Shown here: positions 20,033 to 29,634 of the stretch, in pieces
How the letters are laid out: every line of letters begins with the position of its first letter
How positions within the stretch are numbered: position 1 is the stretch's first letter
Virus record (IMG/VR): IMGVR_UViG_3300025000_000055
Origin: a virus
Taxonomy: Duplodnaviria > Caudoviricetes
Direction: 5' to 3' (one strand)
DNA length: 64,000 nucleotides
The notes under the pieces: model-generated
Database searches by the model: none
Seen by the model: only the letters and a program-made list of their open reading frames with translations
Told to the model about the DNA's origin: nothing
Made by a program: the position numbers and the translations under genes

Positions 20033-20045
20033 AAATATATATTAT
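20033..20045 (+). promoter_or_regulatory. Early promoter motif AAATATATATTAT
   Basis: Exact copy upstream of the ORF 20100 / DEAH helicase unit. Confidence 0.55.
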
Positions 20046-20099
20046 AATAGTAGATTTAATTTTATAATAAATTATTTAAATTCTGAGGGGGAATATAAA

Positions 20100-20360
20100 A
20101 TGGCAGGTAGAGGAACAGTAAGGGCTTTAATGAATTTAGTAAGTGATTTTTGTGAAGTTCATGAAGAAAAGTATAGGGTTGTTAAATTAAAAGAAAGAAT
20201 TAAATTTACTCGAAATATTAGAGGCGGTTCTTTGGATGATTTAAAAAATGGGGTATTATATTTATTTGAAAAAAGTCATTCTGGTGATTGTCTTTGTCTA
20301 TTAAATGATAGCCATTTAGTAATCGTTGATAGAAGAGATATTTTAGATATAATTTGTTAA
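20100..20360 (+). CDS. Small hypothetical protein
   Basis: The GAGGGGG RBS before ATG 20100 indicates that the track start at 20007 is over-extended. Confidence 0.6.
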   Translation: MAGRGTVRALMNLVSDFCEVHEEKYRVVKLKERIKFTRNIRGGSLDDLKNGVLYLFEKSHSGDCLCLLNDSHLVIVDRRDILDIIC

Positions 20361-22345
20361 ATTTTATTGGGGGAGATGGGATAATGTATAAATTTAAAGA
20401 ATTAAATTTACCGATTCATAATTATAAAGATGAAATTTTATCAGCAATTAAAGAAAACCCTGTTGTAATTATTACTGCTGAAACAGGTGCAGGTAAATCA
20501 ACTCAAGTTCCTAAGTTCCTTATGGAAGAGGGATATAGAGTAGTTATAACTCAGCCTCGAAAAATTAGTTGTACAACCTTAGCGTTAAGGGTGAGTGAAG
20601 AAATTGGTTGTCAAATTGGTACAAGAGTTGGGTATCGTACAGCATACGAGAGAAAATGTAATAATGATACTGAAATATTATTTTGTACAGACGGACTTCA
20701 ACTTGTTCGTGAAATAAACAACAGTGTTAAAACAGACGTACTTATAATAGATGAAGTTCATGAATGGAATATAAATATTGAAACTCTAGTTGCATGGACT
20801 CATAAACAAATAGAAGAGGGTTGGTCGATAAAAGTTGTACTAATGAGTGCAACTCTTGAATCAGATGAACTAGCAACATTTTATGGTAATAATACTCCTA
20901 TTATAAAAGTACCAGGAAGACTTTTTAATGTTGTAACTCGGGAAGATTCACACTACAGATTAATTTATAATATTGAAAATCTTATTAAAGAAGGTCGTAA
21001 TGTTCTTGTGTTTTTACCAGGTAAAAAAGAAATTGATGAAACTTGTGATGAATTAAAACATTTCGATGCTGTTATTTTACCTCTTCATGCTGAACTTGAT
21101 TTAATTGAACAAGAAAAATGTTTTTTATCTTATGAACAACCTAAGGTTGTGGTTGCTACAAATGTTGCTCAAACTTCTATAACCATTCCAGATATTGATG
21201 CAGTTGTTGATTCTGGTATAGAAAGAAGAGTTGAGTTAGTTGACAATATAGAGGGGTTATATTTAAAAGATATTAGTCAGGCTGATTGTTTACAACGTAA
21301 AGGTAGAGCTGGGAGAGTTAAAGAAGGTATTTATATACTTTGCTCAGATACATCATTTGAAGAACGCCCAGTTTTTTCAACATCTGAAATAAATAGAACA
21401 AGATTAGATCAATTAGTATTACGTCTTGCTGTTGTTGGTATTGATGTAACAAAATTAGAATTCTTTCATCAGCCAGATATAGAAGTTCTTCTTGAAGCTA
21501 AAAGAAGTCTTCATGTTTTAGGTGCTATGTCATCGGATGATAAAGTAACTGATATTGGTAAACTTATGGCAAAACTACCAGTATCAGTTTATACTGCAAG
21601 AATGATTGTTGAAGCAAATAAACTTGGGGTTGTTGACGATGTGATAACTATTGCATCAATATTAGAAACAAATAGAGGTACTATTCGGGATAGAAATAAT
21701 AAATGGATATTTTATACATCAGAACGTGAAAGTGATTTGCTTGTAGAACTTGATTTATGGAATTTAGCACAAGGTAAATTAGCAAAAGAACTACCTGAAT
21801 TTGGTATATTCAAAAAGTCTTTTTATAATGCAAGAGAAATTCGTAATAAGTTGTATAAATCATTAAATGGTTTAGTAACATTTGGTTCTAATGGAGAAAG
21901 AGAATCTATCAAACAATCATGTATTGCAGGTATGATAGACCATTTATACATTAATAATCTTGGTTTATATATAAATAGTAATAGTATTGTTCCAAGATTA
22001 TTGTCAAAAGACAGTGTTGTTAAAGATAGTAGTAAATTAATTGTAGGATTACCTAAAGATATTCAATTTACTGATAGGTGGGGATATAGACGTACTATAA
22101 ATTTAGTTTCAATGATTACAAAAGTTAATACAGAGCAATTATTCAAAGCCGCACCACAACTTGTTCAAGTTGAAGAAGGTATTAAACCTTATTATAATTT
22201 TGAACAAGATTCATGTTATTCAACAAAAAAAATTTTGTTTAAAGATCAATTAATTAAAGAAGAGGATGTTGCAAGCCCAGAACATGAAAAAGCAAATGAA
22301 TTATTTATTGATTGGCTTGCTACTGTTAACAATATTATTATATAA
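20354..22345 (+). CDS. DEAH-box RNA helicase, HrpA/HrpB family
   Basis: AETGAGKSTQ, TQPRK, DEVH, SAT, ATNVAQTSITIPDI, VVDSG and QRKGRAGR motifs, plus an HA2-like region. Confidence 0.9.
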   Translation: MLNFIGGDGIMYKFKELNLPIHNYKDEILSAIKENPVVIITAETGAGKSTQVPKFLMEEGYRVVITQPRKISCTTLALRVSEEIGCQIGTRVGYRTAYERKCNNDTEILFCTDGLQLVREINNSVKTDVLIIDEVHEWNINIETLVAWTHKQIEEGWSIKVVLMSATLESDELATFYGNNTPIIKVPGRLFNVVTREDSHYRLIYNIENLIKEGRNVLVFLPGKKEIDETCDELKHFDAVILPLHAELDLIEQEKCFLSYEQPKVVVATNVAQTSITIPDIDAVVDSGIERRVELVDNIEGLYLKDISQADCLQRKGRAGRVKEGIYILCSDTSFEERPVFSTSEINRTRLDQLVLRLAVVGIDVTKLEFFHQPDIEVLLEAKRSLHVLGAMSSDDKVTDIGKLMAKLPVSVYTARMIVEANKLGVVDDVITIASILETNRGTIRDRNNKWIFYTSERESDLLVELDLWNLAQGKLAKELPEFGIFKKSFYNAREIRNKLYKSLNGLVTFGSNGERESIKQSCIAGMIDHLYINNLGLYINSNSIVPRLLSKDSVVKDSSKLIVGLPKDIQFTDRWGYRRTINLVSMITKVNTEQLFKAAPQLVQVEEGIKPYYNFEQDSCYSTKKILFKDQLIKEEDVASPEHEKANELFIDWLATVNNIII

Positions 22346-22354
22346 AACTAAAGG

Positions 22355-23380
22355 ATGTGTAATATCATGGATATACTTTCTATAATAGAATCAAATCGTA
22401 AAATACAGAAAGAAGCCAATATATTTAATATTCAAGCTGGGGAAGAAGTATTTCATATAATGACTAATTCTGAATGGAAAAGTCATTTAAAAAATATATT
22501 AAATGGTGCTAGGAATGTATCAGAAATTAAAGACTTAAATATACTTAAGATTCCACAACTAGATTCTGAGATGATAAAAATCATCTCAGAATATAATCCT
22601 AATACTATTACCATTGATGATCAAGTTTTAAATATAGAGTATAGTAAAACATGTGATAGGTTCTATGTTCTAACTAATGTTGATGAAGAATTTGCACGAA
22701 AAACTTCTTTAGAAAATATAAAACTTCCTGGAGGACGTATTGTTGAAATATGTTGCAATGGTTTATCATCTAATAATTTTATAGATTTAGTAAAAAAACT
22801 TGAGGACGAAAGAATACAAAGACGTTGGTCACAAGTTTCTAGTATGCATGAAAAATGGACATCTAATTTAAGTACAGTTCTAGAATGGATACCAAAAGTT
22901 TCAACTAAAGTTGAAATTACACGTGATGAAAATGGTGAATCAATTGTTGGTTTTCTATCATTGAAACATGAACATAATGGTTGGACATTATTTATTACAA
23001 ATAATGAACAAAAACTAACAGAAGAAATTCAAGAGGTTATTGAACAAATATTATACAAATATATTGAAAAAAGCTTTATGATTCCTAAAGAAGAACCTTG
23101 GTATAAAGATAATGGAGGAGTGTTCTTTACAAACTGGGTGTTAACCGAATTGGGTGAACAATTACAAGATAAGTATAATACAATTATATGTACTAATGAC
23201 TATAATAAAAATTTATCTATTAATAATGTAATATATAAAATTAATGAAATTAAACAAATTTCTATCTCTATTAAAAATGAGATTGAATTTGGTGTAAATG
23301 GTAATAAAATAGAGGATTTAAAATCTTCTGTAGAATTATTGAGAGACTCTTTTAATGCAAATAAATGTTACAAAAAGTAA
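22355..23380 (+). CDS. Hypothetical protein, probably the detached C-terminal part of the helicase
   Basis: Same reading frame as the helicase, separated by TAA AAC TAA AGG. NPNTITIDDQVLNIEY and IKLPGGRIVEI resemble HrpB C-terminal motifs. Confidence 0.5.
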   Translation: MCNIMDILSIIESNRKIQKEANIFNIQAGEEVFHIMTNSEWKSHLKNILNGARNVSEIKDLNILKIPQLDSEMIKIISEYNPNTITIDDQVLNIEYSKTCDRFYVLTNVDEEFARKTSLENIKLPGGRIVEICCNGLSSNNFIDLVKKLEDERIQRRWSQVSSMHEKWTSNLSTVLEWIPKVSTKVEITRDENGESIVGFLSLKHEHNGWTLFITNNEQKLTEEIQEVIEQILYKYIEKSFMIPKEEPWYKDNGGVFFTNWVLTELGEQLQDKYNTIICTNDYNKNLSINNVIYKINEIKQISISIKNEIEFGVNGNKIEDLKSSVELLRDSFNANKCYKK

Positions 23381-23469
23381 CTTTATCTTTTAGATGGATA
23401 TTAATTTAATCAATGTATATAGTTATATATCCATCTAAATATAAAGTTATTCATATAAATAATTTAAAA

Positions 23470-23497
23470 TATATAAAATATTAAAAAGGAGTTGTTC
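23470..23497 (+). repeat. 28-bp direct repeat, copy 1 (contains the RBS)
   Basis: TATATAAAATATTAAAAAGGAGTTGTTC, identical to 23939-23966. Confidence 0.85.
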
Positions 23498-23501
23498 TAT
23501 A

Positions 23502-23936
23502 ATGTTATCTCATCAGGTTGTATCAGTTTTTATTATCAACGACAAAAATGAAATTTTATTAATTAATCATAAGAAACTTAATGCTTGGCTTCCTCCAGGT
23601 GGTCATGTAGAGCATGAAAAAAATGAATTAATTCATCATGCTGCAATTAGAGAAGTGCTGGAAGAGACGGGTATCCACTTTAAATTTATAAGTGGAGGAA
23701 AAGGTAATATGGATAAAATATTGGGACCATTACCTTTACCTTCATTTATTCAACTAAAAGATTTAGGAGATCATTATCACGAAGATTTTATTTATGTTGG
23801 GTTGTTTGTTTCAAATGATATCCCTAAAGAAGATACAGAGATGAGATGGTTTAATAAAGAAAGTATTAATTCAATTAATACTTTTGAAAATGTTAGAAGA
23901 CACTTACAAATAATTTGTAATAGATACTTTATTTAA
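23502..23936 (+). CDS. NUDIX hydrolase
   Basis: PGGHVE..ELIHHAAIREVLEETG Nudix box. Confidence 0.9.
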   Translation: MLSHQVVSVFIINDKNEILLINHKKLNAWLPPGGHVEHEKNELIHHAAIREVLEETGIHFKFISGGKGNMDKILGPLPLPSFIQLKDLGDHYHEDFIYVGLFVSNDIPKEDTEMRWFNKESINSINTFENVRRHLQIICNRYFI

Positions 23937-23938
23937 TG

Positions 23939-23966
23939 TATATAAAATATTAAAAAGGAGTTGTTC
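23939..23966 (+). repeat. 28-bp direct repeat, copy 2
   Basis: Identical to 23470-23497; not followed by a substantial ORF. Confidence 0.85.
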
Positions 23967-24085
23967 CTTTAATTCGTATGATTATATTATTCAATTATAT
24001 ATTATAAAATTATAATAAGGTATAGTGCAACCAAAATATACAATTATTATATCTTATTAAAAAATAAAAAGGGGGGTTTTTAAGT

Positions 24086-24847
24086 ATGAAAAAGAAATTA
24101 TTAGTAAATATCATTGTTATTGTTTGGATGTTATCTATTTGTGGTAGTGTTTTTGCAAATCAACAAATAGGTATTAAAATCGATCTTATCACTAGAGATT
24201 TTACCACAACACCACTTGTAATGGAAAACGGAACTGTATTAGTTCCTGTTAAACCCGTCGCTAGTGCATTTAGAGGAACTGTTAAGGGGACTGTTAATAC
24301 TTGTTATGTTTATATAAACCATGGTAACAAATGTGTTGTCTTAAATCCTACTAACATAGGAGAATATTATTTACAAGAAGGTGAATATGTAAAAAAGAAT
24401 GATAGACCAATTGAAGGAAAAGTAATAAATGAAAATTTGTATGTTCCTGTGAGAGACTTTGTTGAATCTCTTGATGGTAGAGTTTTATGGGATAGTTCTA
24501 AAAATACTGTAATGATATATACTGATTCTGCTGACATGAATTATTATTTAAGTAAACAAAAATTAGAACCATCTGTAAATATATCAACAAATATGCATTC
24601 CAATAATTCAAATAGTAATTTACCATTAGATAAGAATGGTAATGAAATTCAAATTGGTGACTTGGTATCATCTGGTGCTTTTTATGGAAAAGTTCAAGAA
24701 ATAAAAGGAAATAGAGTATTGGTTTACTGGGATAGTAAATCAATATTTGTTAAGGATGAGGATGTTGATTTTTGGTCAATGCTTGCAGGAGTTAGGTATA
24801 AATCTAGTAATTGGATAGATTCGGATAAATTATTAATCGAAAGATAA
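24086..24847 (+). CDS. Secreted protein with a copper-amine-oxidase-like N-terminal (stalk) domain
   Basis: Signal peptide MKKKLLVNIIVIVWMLSICGSVFA; VLVPVKPVASAF and LYVPVRDFVESLDGRVLWD repeats. Confidence 0.8.
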   Translation: MKKKLLVNIIVIVWMLSICGSVFANQQIGIKIDLITRDFTTTPLVMENGTVLVPVKPVASAFRGTVKGTVNTCYVYINHGNKCVVLNPTNIGEYYLQEGEYVKKNDRPIEGKVINENLYVPVRDFVESLDGRVLWDSSKNTVMIYTDSADMNYYLSKQKLEPSVNISTNMHSNNSNSNLPLDKNGNEIQIGDLVSSGAFYGKVQEIKGNRVLVYWDSKSIFVKDEDVDFWSMLAGVRYKSSNWIDSDKLLIER

Positions 24848-24856
24848 ATTTTTAAT

Positions 24857-24892
24857 AATAAAAGAACTTTTAATTAAGTTCTTTTATTTTTT
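24857..24892 (+). terminator. Intrinsic terminator; same stem as 26304-26340
   Basis: AATAAAAGAACTT...AAGTTCTTTTATT plus a T tract. Confidence 0.7.
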
Positions 24893-24912
24893 TAGGTATT
24901 ATTATGTATTTT

Positions 24913-24925
24913 AAATATATATTAT
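24913..24925 (+). promoter_or_regulatory. Early promoter motif AAATATATATTAT
   Basis: Exact copy immediately after the terminator. Confidence 0.55.
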
Positions 24926-25012
24926 TTCATTGAATAAAATATTATTCCCACAATAAGGGGAAATAAATATACTTATTGTATATATCTAAGAAGATATATT
25001 TATAGGAGGTAA

Positions 25013-25090
25013 ATGAATTTTATTTCTTCATTTTTAATCTCGTTAATTTGTTTCTATGTTCCATATATGTTTTTTAAAATTATATTTTAA
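25013..25090 (+). CDS. 25-aa hydrophobic peptide
   Basis: AGGAGGT RBS; MNFISSFLISLICFYVPYMFFKIIF; below the ORF-track cutoff. Confidence 0.45.
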   Translation: MNFISSFLISLICFYVPYMFFKIIF

Positions 25091-25102
25091 GGGGGACTAA
25101 AA

Positions 25103-25543
25103 ATGAGTTCTATGTCTACTCATCAATATGTAATTATAACTTTACCCAGTTCTATATATGATGCAGATAGAGAAATAGCTGCATCATCATTAAAGAATTA
25201 TGTTTATCAATTTTGCCAAAAGTATTTTATAACTCCGGCTAAATTTCCTGTAGACTTTCACAGTACTTATAATAAATGTCCAGAATATTATTGCGATGGT
25301 AGCAATTCGTTTGAGCTCATTGATTCGAATTATGAAGGGGAATGGTTAATTTCTAAAAAAGAAAAAGTGAAATTAGCCGTAGCTATTGAAACAAATCTAC
25401 CATGTGAGAATATAGTTAAACTGTATGAACTGAACCTTATTCAAGGATTCTCAGTTCATGTGTTTGGTTCTATCTTCCTCCATAATAATATAACAGGTTT
25501 AGTAACAAAGTTGTTTAAAATAATTAATGAAAAAAAACATTAA
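25103..25543 (+). CDS. Hypothetical protein
   Basis: AAGGGGG RBS; 146 aa. Confidence 0.65.
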   Translation: MSSMSTHQYVIITLPSSIYDADREIAASSLKNYVYQFCQKYFITPAKFPVDFHSTYNKCPEYYCDGSNSFELIDSNYEGEWLISKKEKVKLAVAIETNLPCENIVKLYELNLIQGFSVHVFGSIFLHNNITGLVTKLFKIINEKKH

Positions 25544-25581
25544 ATCTAACGTTTTTAAAAAATCTTATTGTATTATAATAT

Positions 25582-25636
25582 GTTCTTTCCATGTATCCAA
25601 CATCAATAAATGAGATGTTGGATACATGGAAAGAAC
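25582..25636. repeat. Perfect 23-bp inverted repeat with a 9-nt loop
   Basis: GTTCTTTCCATGTATCCAACATC / GATGTTGGATACATGGAAAGAAC. Confidence 0.85.
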
Positions 25637-25715
25637 TATAACGCTTGCAAGGGTGAAAATACTTGCACCGTCATTGTAATTAAAAAATATTACTTTGACG
25701 TAAAAAGGAGGAAAT

Positions 25716-26252
25716 ATGAATAATAATAGTTTTAAATATTTAACTGAGCAAGAAAAAAAAGCAATACTTCTTGGAGTTATTGCTAAAAGAACTAATGGTA
25801 AGTTAAACAATGAACAATTGAAACATATTGTTCGAGATATTCCAATAGATGTACAGTATTCCATTAAAGTGTTTAGTGATGCTAAAGAATTTGGTAAAGT
25901 GATAACTTTACCTGATTATGAAATGAAACATTCATGGGCAGGGGGAACGAAATGTACTGCTGAAACTAATATTTTATTAGTGTCTGGTATAAAATTTGGT
26001 AGAAATAAACATTATAAATATCTCGATAATGGAACTTTAACTAGTGAAGATAAATGGAACTCTTTACCAGATTTCAATGTAAAAGAAATTCATGCTGTTA
26101 GTGTCAGTATTCATTCTTTTAGTGATTATAATAATGAATACTATGACAATACTGATAATTTTATATATATTTATATACCTTCTGACAAACCTTTTGTTGT
26201 GTCAGAAGAAATACAGTATATTTTTGATAATTTCAATATTTGTTTCAGTTGA
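25716..26252 (+). CDS. Hypothetical protein
   Basis: AAGGAGG RBS; 178 aa. Confidence 0.7.
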   Translation: MNNNSFKYLTEQEKKAILLGVIAKRTNGKLNNEQLKHIVRDIPIDVQYSIKVFSDAKEFGKVITLPDYEMKHSWAGGTKCTAETNILLVSGIKFGRNKHYKYLDNGTLTSEDKWNSLPDFNVKEIHAVSVSIHSFSDYNNEYYDNTDNFIYIYIPSDKPFVVSEEIQYIFDNFNICFS

Positions 26253-26303
26253 TTGTATGGAGATGTCTATTTCTAAATTAAAATAATAAATTAGATTTAT
26301 ACT

Positions 26304-26340
26304 AATAAAAGAACTTTTAAATAAAGTTCTTTTATTTTTT
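26304..26340 (+). terminator. Intrinsic terminator
   Basis: AATAAAAGAACTTT..AAAGTTCTTTTATT plus Ts. Confidence 0.7.
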
Positions 26341-26360
26341 TATATTAGGAGGTTTATTTT

Positions 26361-27800
26361 ATGAATGTTATTAAAGCTAAACATACTTCAATTATTATAC
26401 CTAATTATAATTTAGGTGATAATATACAATTGGAACATTCACTATCAGTTTGGAATGATAGTTATTATAGATATGATAATAAAGGTTTTTTTTATAATAA
26501 AGAAACTAAAGAATTATTATTACCAAGAGGTTTGGATTTAAGTTATTTAGAAAAAACTTTTAATTTAAATATAGATATTGATTTTAAACCTGATCCATAT
26601 GAATTAGTTTCGTATAGATTAAAAGTAGAACCTAGAAATGATATCCAGAGAAAATCTATTTGTTATTTAATCGGAGAAGATGATTTTTCATATACTAAAA
26701 AATATTCTCAGTTAGCTTTAAATTTACAGACAGGTGAAGGTAAGAGTTTTTGTATTATAGCATCACTTTCATTTATGAGAACTAAAGCCATTATATTTAC
26801 ACATGTTAACGCATTAAAAAAACAATGGATAAAAGAAATTAAAAAGTTTACTGATGTAACAGATTCGTTTATATGTAATATAATTAGCGGTAATGTTATA
26901 AAAAATATATTAAAAACTGATAAATTACCTTATAAGATTTATCTTGTTAATCATAGAACTATTAATAATTTTGGTGAGAAACATGGTTGGGAGAAAATAA
27001 CTGAATTATTTCAAAAGATTAAAGTTGGTGTTAAGGTTTATGATGAAGCACATTTTGAATTTGATAATATAATAAAAACTGATTTACACACTAACACTAA
27101 AAAGACTATTTATTTAACAGCTAATTTTGAAAGATCAAATTTTAAAGAAAATAAATTATTCAATTTATGTTTTAAAAATATTGCTAAATATGGAACTGAA
27201 ACAAGACATGAAAGAAGAAAACATATTGTATATTTAGGTTTATTATTCAATAGTAAACCCGATATAGTTAATCAAGCATCTATAAAAAAACGACATGGAT
27301 TTGATAAAAATACTTATATTGATTATCAAATAAAAAAGGGAAAGATATTTGATGTATTAACATATATAATAAATTATTTTCATGATAAAGAAGGTAAGAT
27401 GATAATATTGTCTTCTAAAATAGAATCTACTGAAATAATATCAGATTATTTAAAAAAAGAGTTTCCTGAAAAAACTATAGGTGTTTTTAATTCCACTATA
27501 AGTGAAATTGATAAAGTTAAAGCATTAGAATGTGATATAATAAGTTCAACTCCTAAGAGTTTAGGAACTGGTTTAGATATACCTAATTTAAGATTTATTA
27601 TTATGACAGAACCATATAGTTCATCCATAACAGCTAATCAAACATCTGGAAGATTAAGAGAATTATCTTCAGATTTATATTGTTTTTATATTGAGTTAAT
27701 TGATACTGGTTTTAATAAAGTTTATAACATGTATAAATCTAGAATGAAAATATTTAAACAAAAGTGTGTTAAATTGGTTCAATTAAAATACACTGAATAA
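26361..27800 (+). CDS. Superfamily 2 DNA helicase (UvsW / phiKZ gp75-like)
   Basis: LQTGEGKS, VYDEAH, LTAN, SLGTGLDIPNL and QTSGRLR motifs. Confidence 0.85.
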   Translation: MNVIKAKHTSIIIPNYNLGDNIQLEHSLSVWNDSYYRYDNKGFFYNKETKELLLPRGLDLSYLEKTFNLNIDIDFKPDPYELVSYRLKVEPRNDIQRKSICYLIGEDDFSYTKKYSQLALNLQTGEGKSFCIIASLSFMRTKAIIFTHVNALKKQWIKEIKKFTDVTDSFICNIISGNVIKNILKTDKLPYKIYLVNHRTINNFGEKHGWEKITELFQKIKVGVKVYDEAHFEFDNIIKTDLHTNTKKTIYLTANFERSNFKENKLFNLCFKNIAKYGTETRHERRKHIVYLGLLFNSKPDIVNQASIKKRHGFDKNTYIDYQIKKGKIFDVLTYIINYFHDKEGKMIILSSKIESTEIISDYLKKEFPEKTIGVFNSTISEIDKVKALECDIISSTPKSLGTGLDIPNLRFIIMTEPYSSSITANQTSGRLRELSSDLYCFYIELIDTGFNKVYNMYKSRMKIFKQKCVKLVQLKYTE

Positions 27801-27859
27801 AATTAATAATAGATATATATTATTTATTAGAAATAAAAAATAATAAGGGGGTTTTATTT

Positions 27860-28435
27860 ATGAAACAATTTATTGTAACTTGCGGAATAATACCACAAAC
27901 AGGTGAATGTAAATTTGGAGAAAAATGTTCACCTAAAATGTGTCCTGCATTTGTACACAATTTATCAGATAAACAAAAAATTGTTGAGATTATTAAACAT
28001 CATGTTAGTCATATTACTTATAATGACGATGAATATAATATTGAACATCGTTTTGTTGGTAAAGCTGAAAATGGTAAATATTTTTACTTATGGGGAAAAA
28101 AATATATTGATAAAGGTTTAATACCTATTATAAATATTGAAAATGAAGATAGTGGTATTATGTATTTTAATAATATTGAAAATGCTATTGAAGTATTTAA
28201 TATTATTGAATTTTCAGAAAAAGGTCTTTTAGATAAAATAAAATTATCTTCCGGTATATATAAGTCTGTAGTAATAAACCAGGATTTATATTACTTAAAT
28301 ACAGAAGATGATGAAATAAGGGTATTAAGAAATAAAAATATGCACTCTTTACTTTGTTATAATATTAAAAAATTATATTATGAAAGTTATTTAATTTTAT
28401 TTATAAAACTTAAATATAATGGTATATTAGTATAA
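27860..28435 (+). CDS. Hypothetical protein with a Cys-rich N-terminus
   Basis: CG..GECK..KC..MCP; early motif variant at 27811-27823; AAGGGGG RBS. Confidence 0.65.
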   Translation: MKQFIVTCGIIPQTGECKFGEKCSPKMCPAFVHNLSDKQKIVEIIKHHVSHITYNDDEYNIEHRFVGKAENGKYFYLWGKKYIDKGLIPIINIENEDSGIMYFNNIENAIEVFNIIEFSEKGLLDKIKLSSGIYKSVVINQDLYYLNTEDDEIRVLRNKNMHSLLCYNIKKLYYESYLILFIKLKYNGILV

Positions 28436-28567
28436 CTTTATTTTTAATAATAAATGTAGATAGTTTTATCTCTACATTTATTATTATTTTTTTAGTATTC
28501 TTAACATATTATTTTATATATTATAATTACATATATAGAAAAAATTTAATAATAGTGGGGTGGAATA

Positions 28568-28834
28568 ATGAGAGCAATAATAGAAACAAAGAAAGACTTA
28601 AATGAAAATGAATATATCCATTTTTCATCATTAACTAAAAATAATTCAGAAGATTGGTCAGCTCTAACTAATAGTAATAGATTACTTACTATTACAGTAA
28701 TTGAGGGGAAAGAAATGATGGTTACTGTAAAGGAACCAAAAGAAGTACTATTTAAAATAATATTCAGAGGATGTGTAAATAGGATAAATCTTGTTAGAAA
28801 TTTATTACAACTCCATGGATATAAGTTTGTTTGA
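28568..28834 (+). CDS. Hypothetical protein
   Basis: GGGGTGG RBS; ends at a convergent terminator. Confidence 0.6.
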   Translation: MRAIIETKKDLNENEYIHFSSLTKNNSEDWSALTNSNRLLTITVIEGKEMMVTVKEPKEVLFKIIFRGCVNRINLVRNLLQLHGYKFV

Positions 28835-28840
28835 TAATAA

Positions 28841-28879
28841 AATAAGTACAGTGAAAAAATCACTGTACTTATTTTTTTT
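28841..28879. terminator. Bidirectional terminator between convergent genes
   Basis: AATAAGTACAGTGA-AAAAA-TCACTGTACTTATT. Confidence 0.75.
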
Positions 28880-28880
28880 G

Positions 28881-29606
28881 TTAAATAATAAATATTGGAC
28901 TCTGTTCTAAATGACTTACATCCCTATATTTCTCAATCATTTCTTTTCTATCAGATTCACTGTTAGACCAATCATCTATTTTTAGTTGAATTGTTCCATA
29001 AGCTGTTTGAATTTCATTATAATGCTTTAATGTATTATATAAAAATCTTTTAACATCAATTAATGCTAATTCATAAAAACTTTCCCATTGTGTTGATGGT
29101 ATTGTGGCTAAATTTGGTGCATGAGCTAATCCAACCTCAACATCAATTTCTCCATACATTGTTGCATAATTATATAATACTAATATATTAGGTTCTTGAA
29201 ATTTAAATGTCATAGGTGGAGCTGCAAGTGACATCAAATCAGCACTAGCTTGACCCATCATCAGTGATTCATATGTTGATATTTCACCATCAAATATTGG
29301 AGATGTGTATCCATTAGAAAAAGATTTATTTTTAGGATTAACATTTTTTATCATTATAATTTTCTTATCACCAAATAAATCTGGTATTACATATGACGAT
29401 TCACTATAGTTTGAATTTAAACATGTTAAAGTTCGTATATCTAAATTCATTTTTAATGTATAAGGAAAGAACACACTATATGTTGTTAAAGTCTTTAATT
29501 TAATAACATTAAATAAAGTGTCATCAGGTTTTTCAAATGGAAGTGATAATCCATATATACCTAAATCCATTTTAATAGAAGTTAATAAATCACTAACATT
29601 CATCAT
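28881..29606 (-). CDS. Probable virion structural protein (head/neck)
   Basis: Co-transcribed with the prohead protease; 241 aa. Confidence 0.55.
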   Translation of the reverse strand: MMNVSDLLTSIKMDLGIYGLSLPFEKPDDTLFNVIKLKTLTTYSVFFPYTLKMNLDIRTLTCLNSNYSESSYVIPDLFGDKKIIMIKNVNPKNKSFSNGYTSPIFDGEISTYESLMMGQASADLMSLAAPPMTFKFQEPNILVLYNYATMYGEIDVEVGLAHAPNLATIPSTQWESFYELALIDVKRFLYNTLKHYNEIQTAYGTIQLKIDDWSNSESDRKEMIEKYRDVSHLEQSPIFII

Positions 29607-29634
29607 TTTTTATCACCACTTATTTTTTTATTTT

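Noticed and set aside
24498-28863. Track ORFs 24498-24743, 25565-25864, 26092-26286, 27446-27628, 27903-28121 and 28546-28863
   Set aside because: They overlap better-supported ORFs on the other strand or frame.
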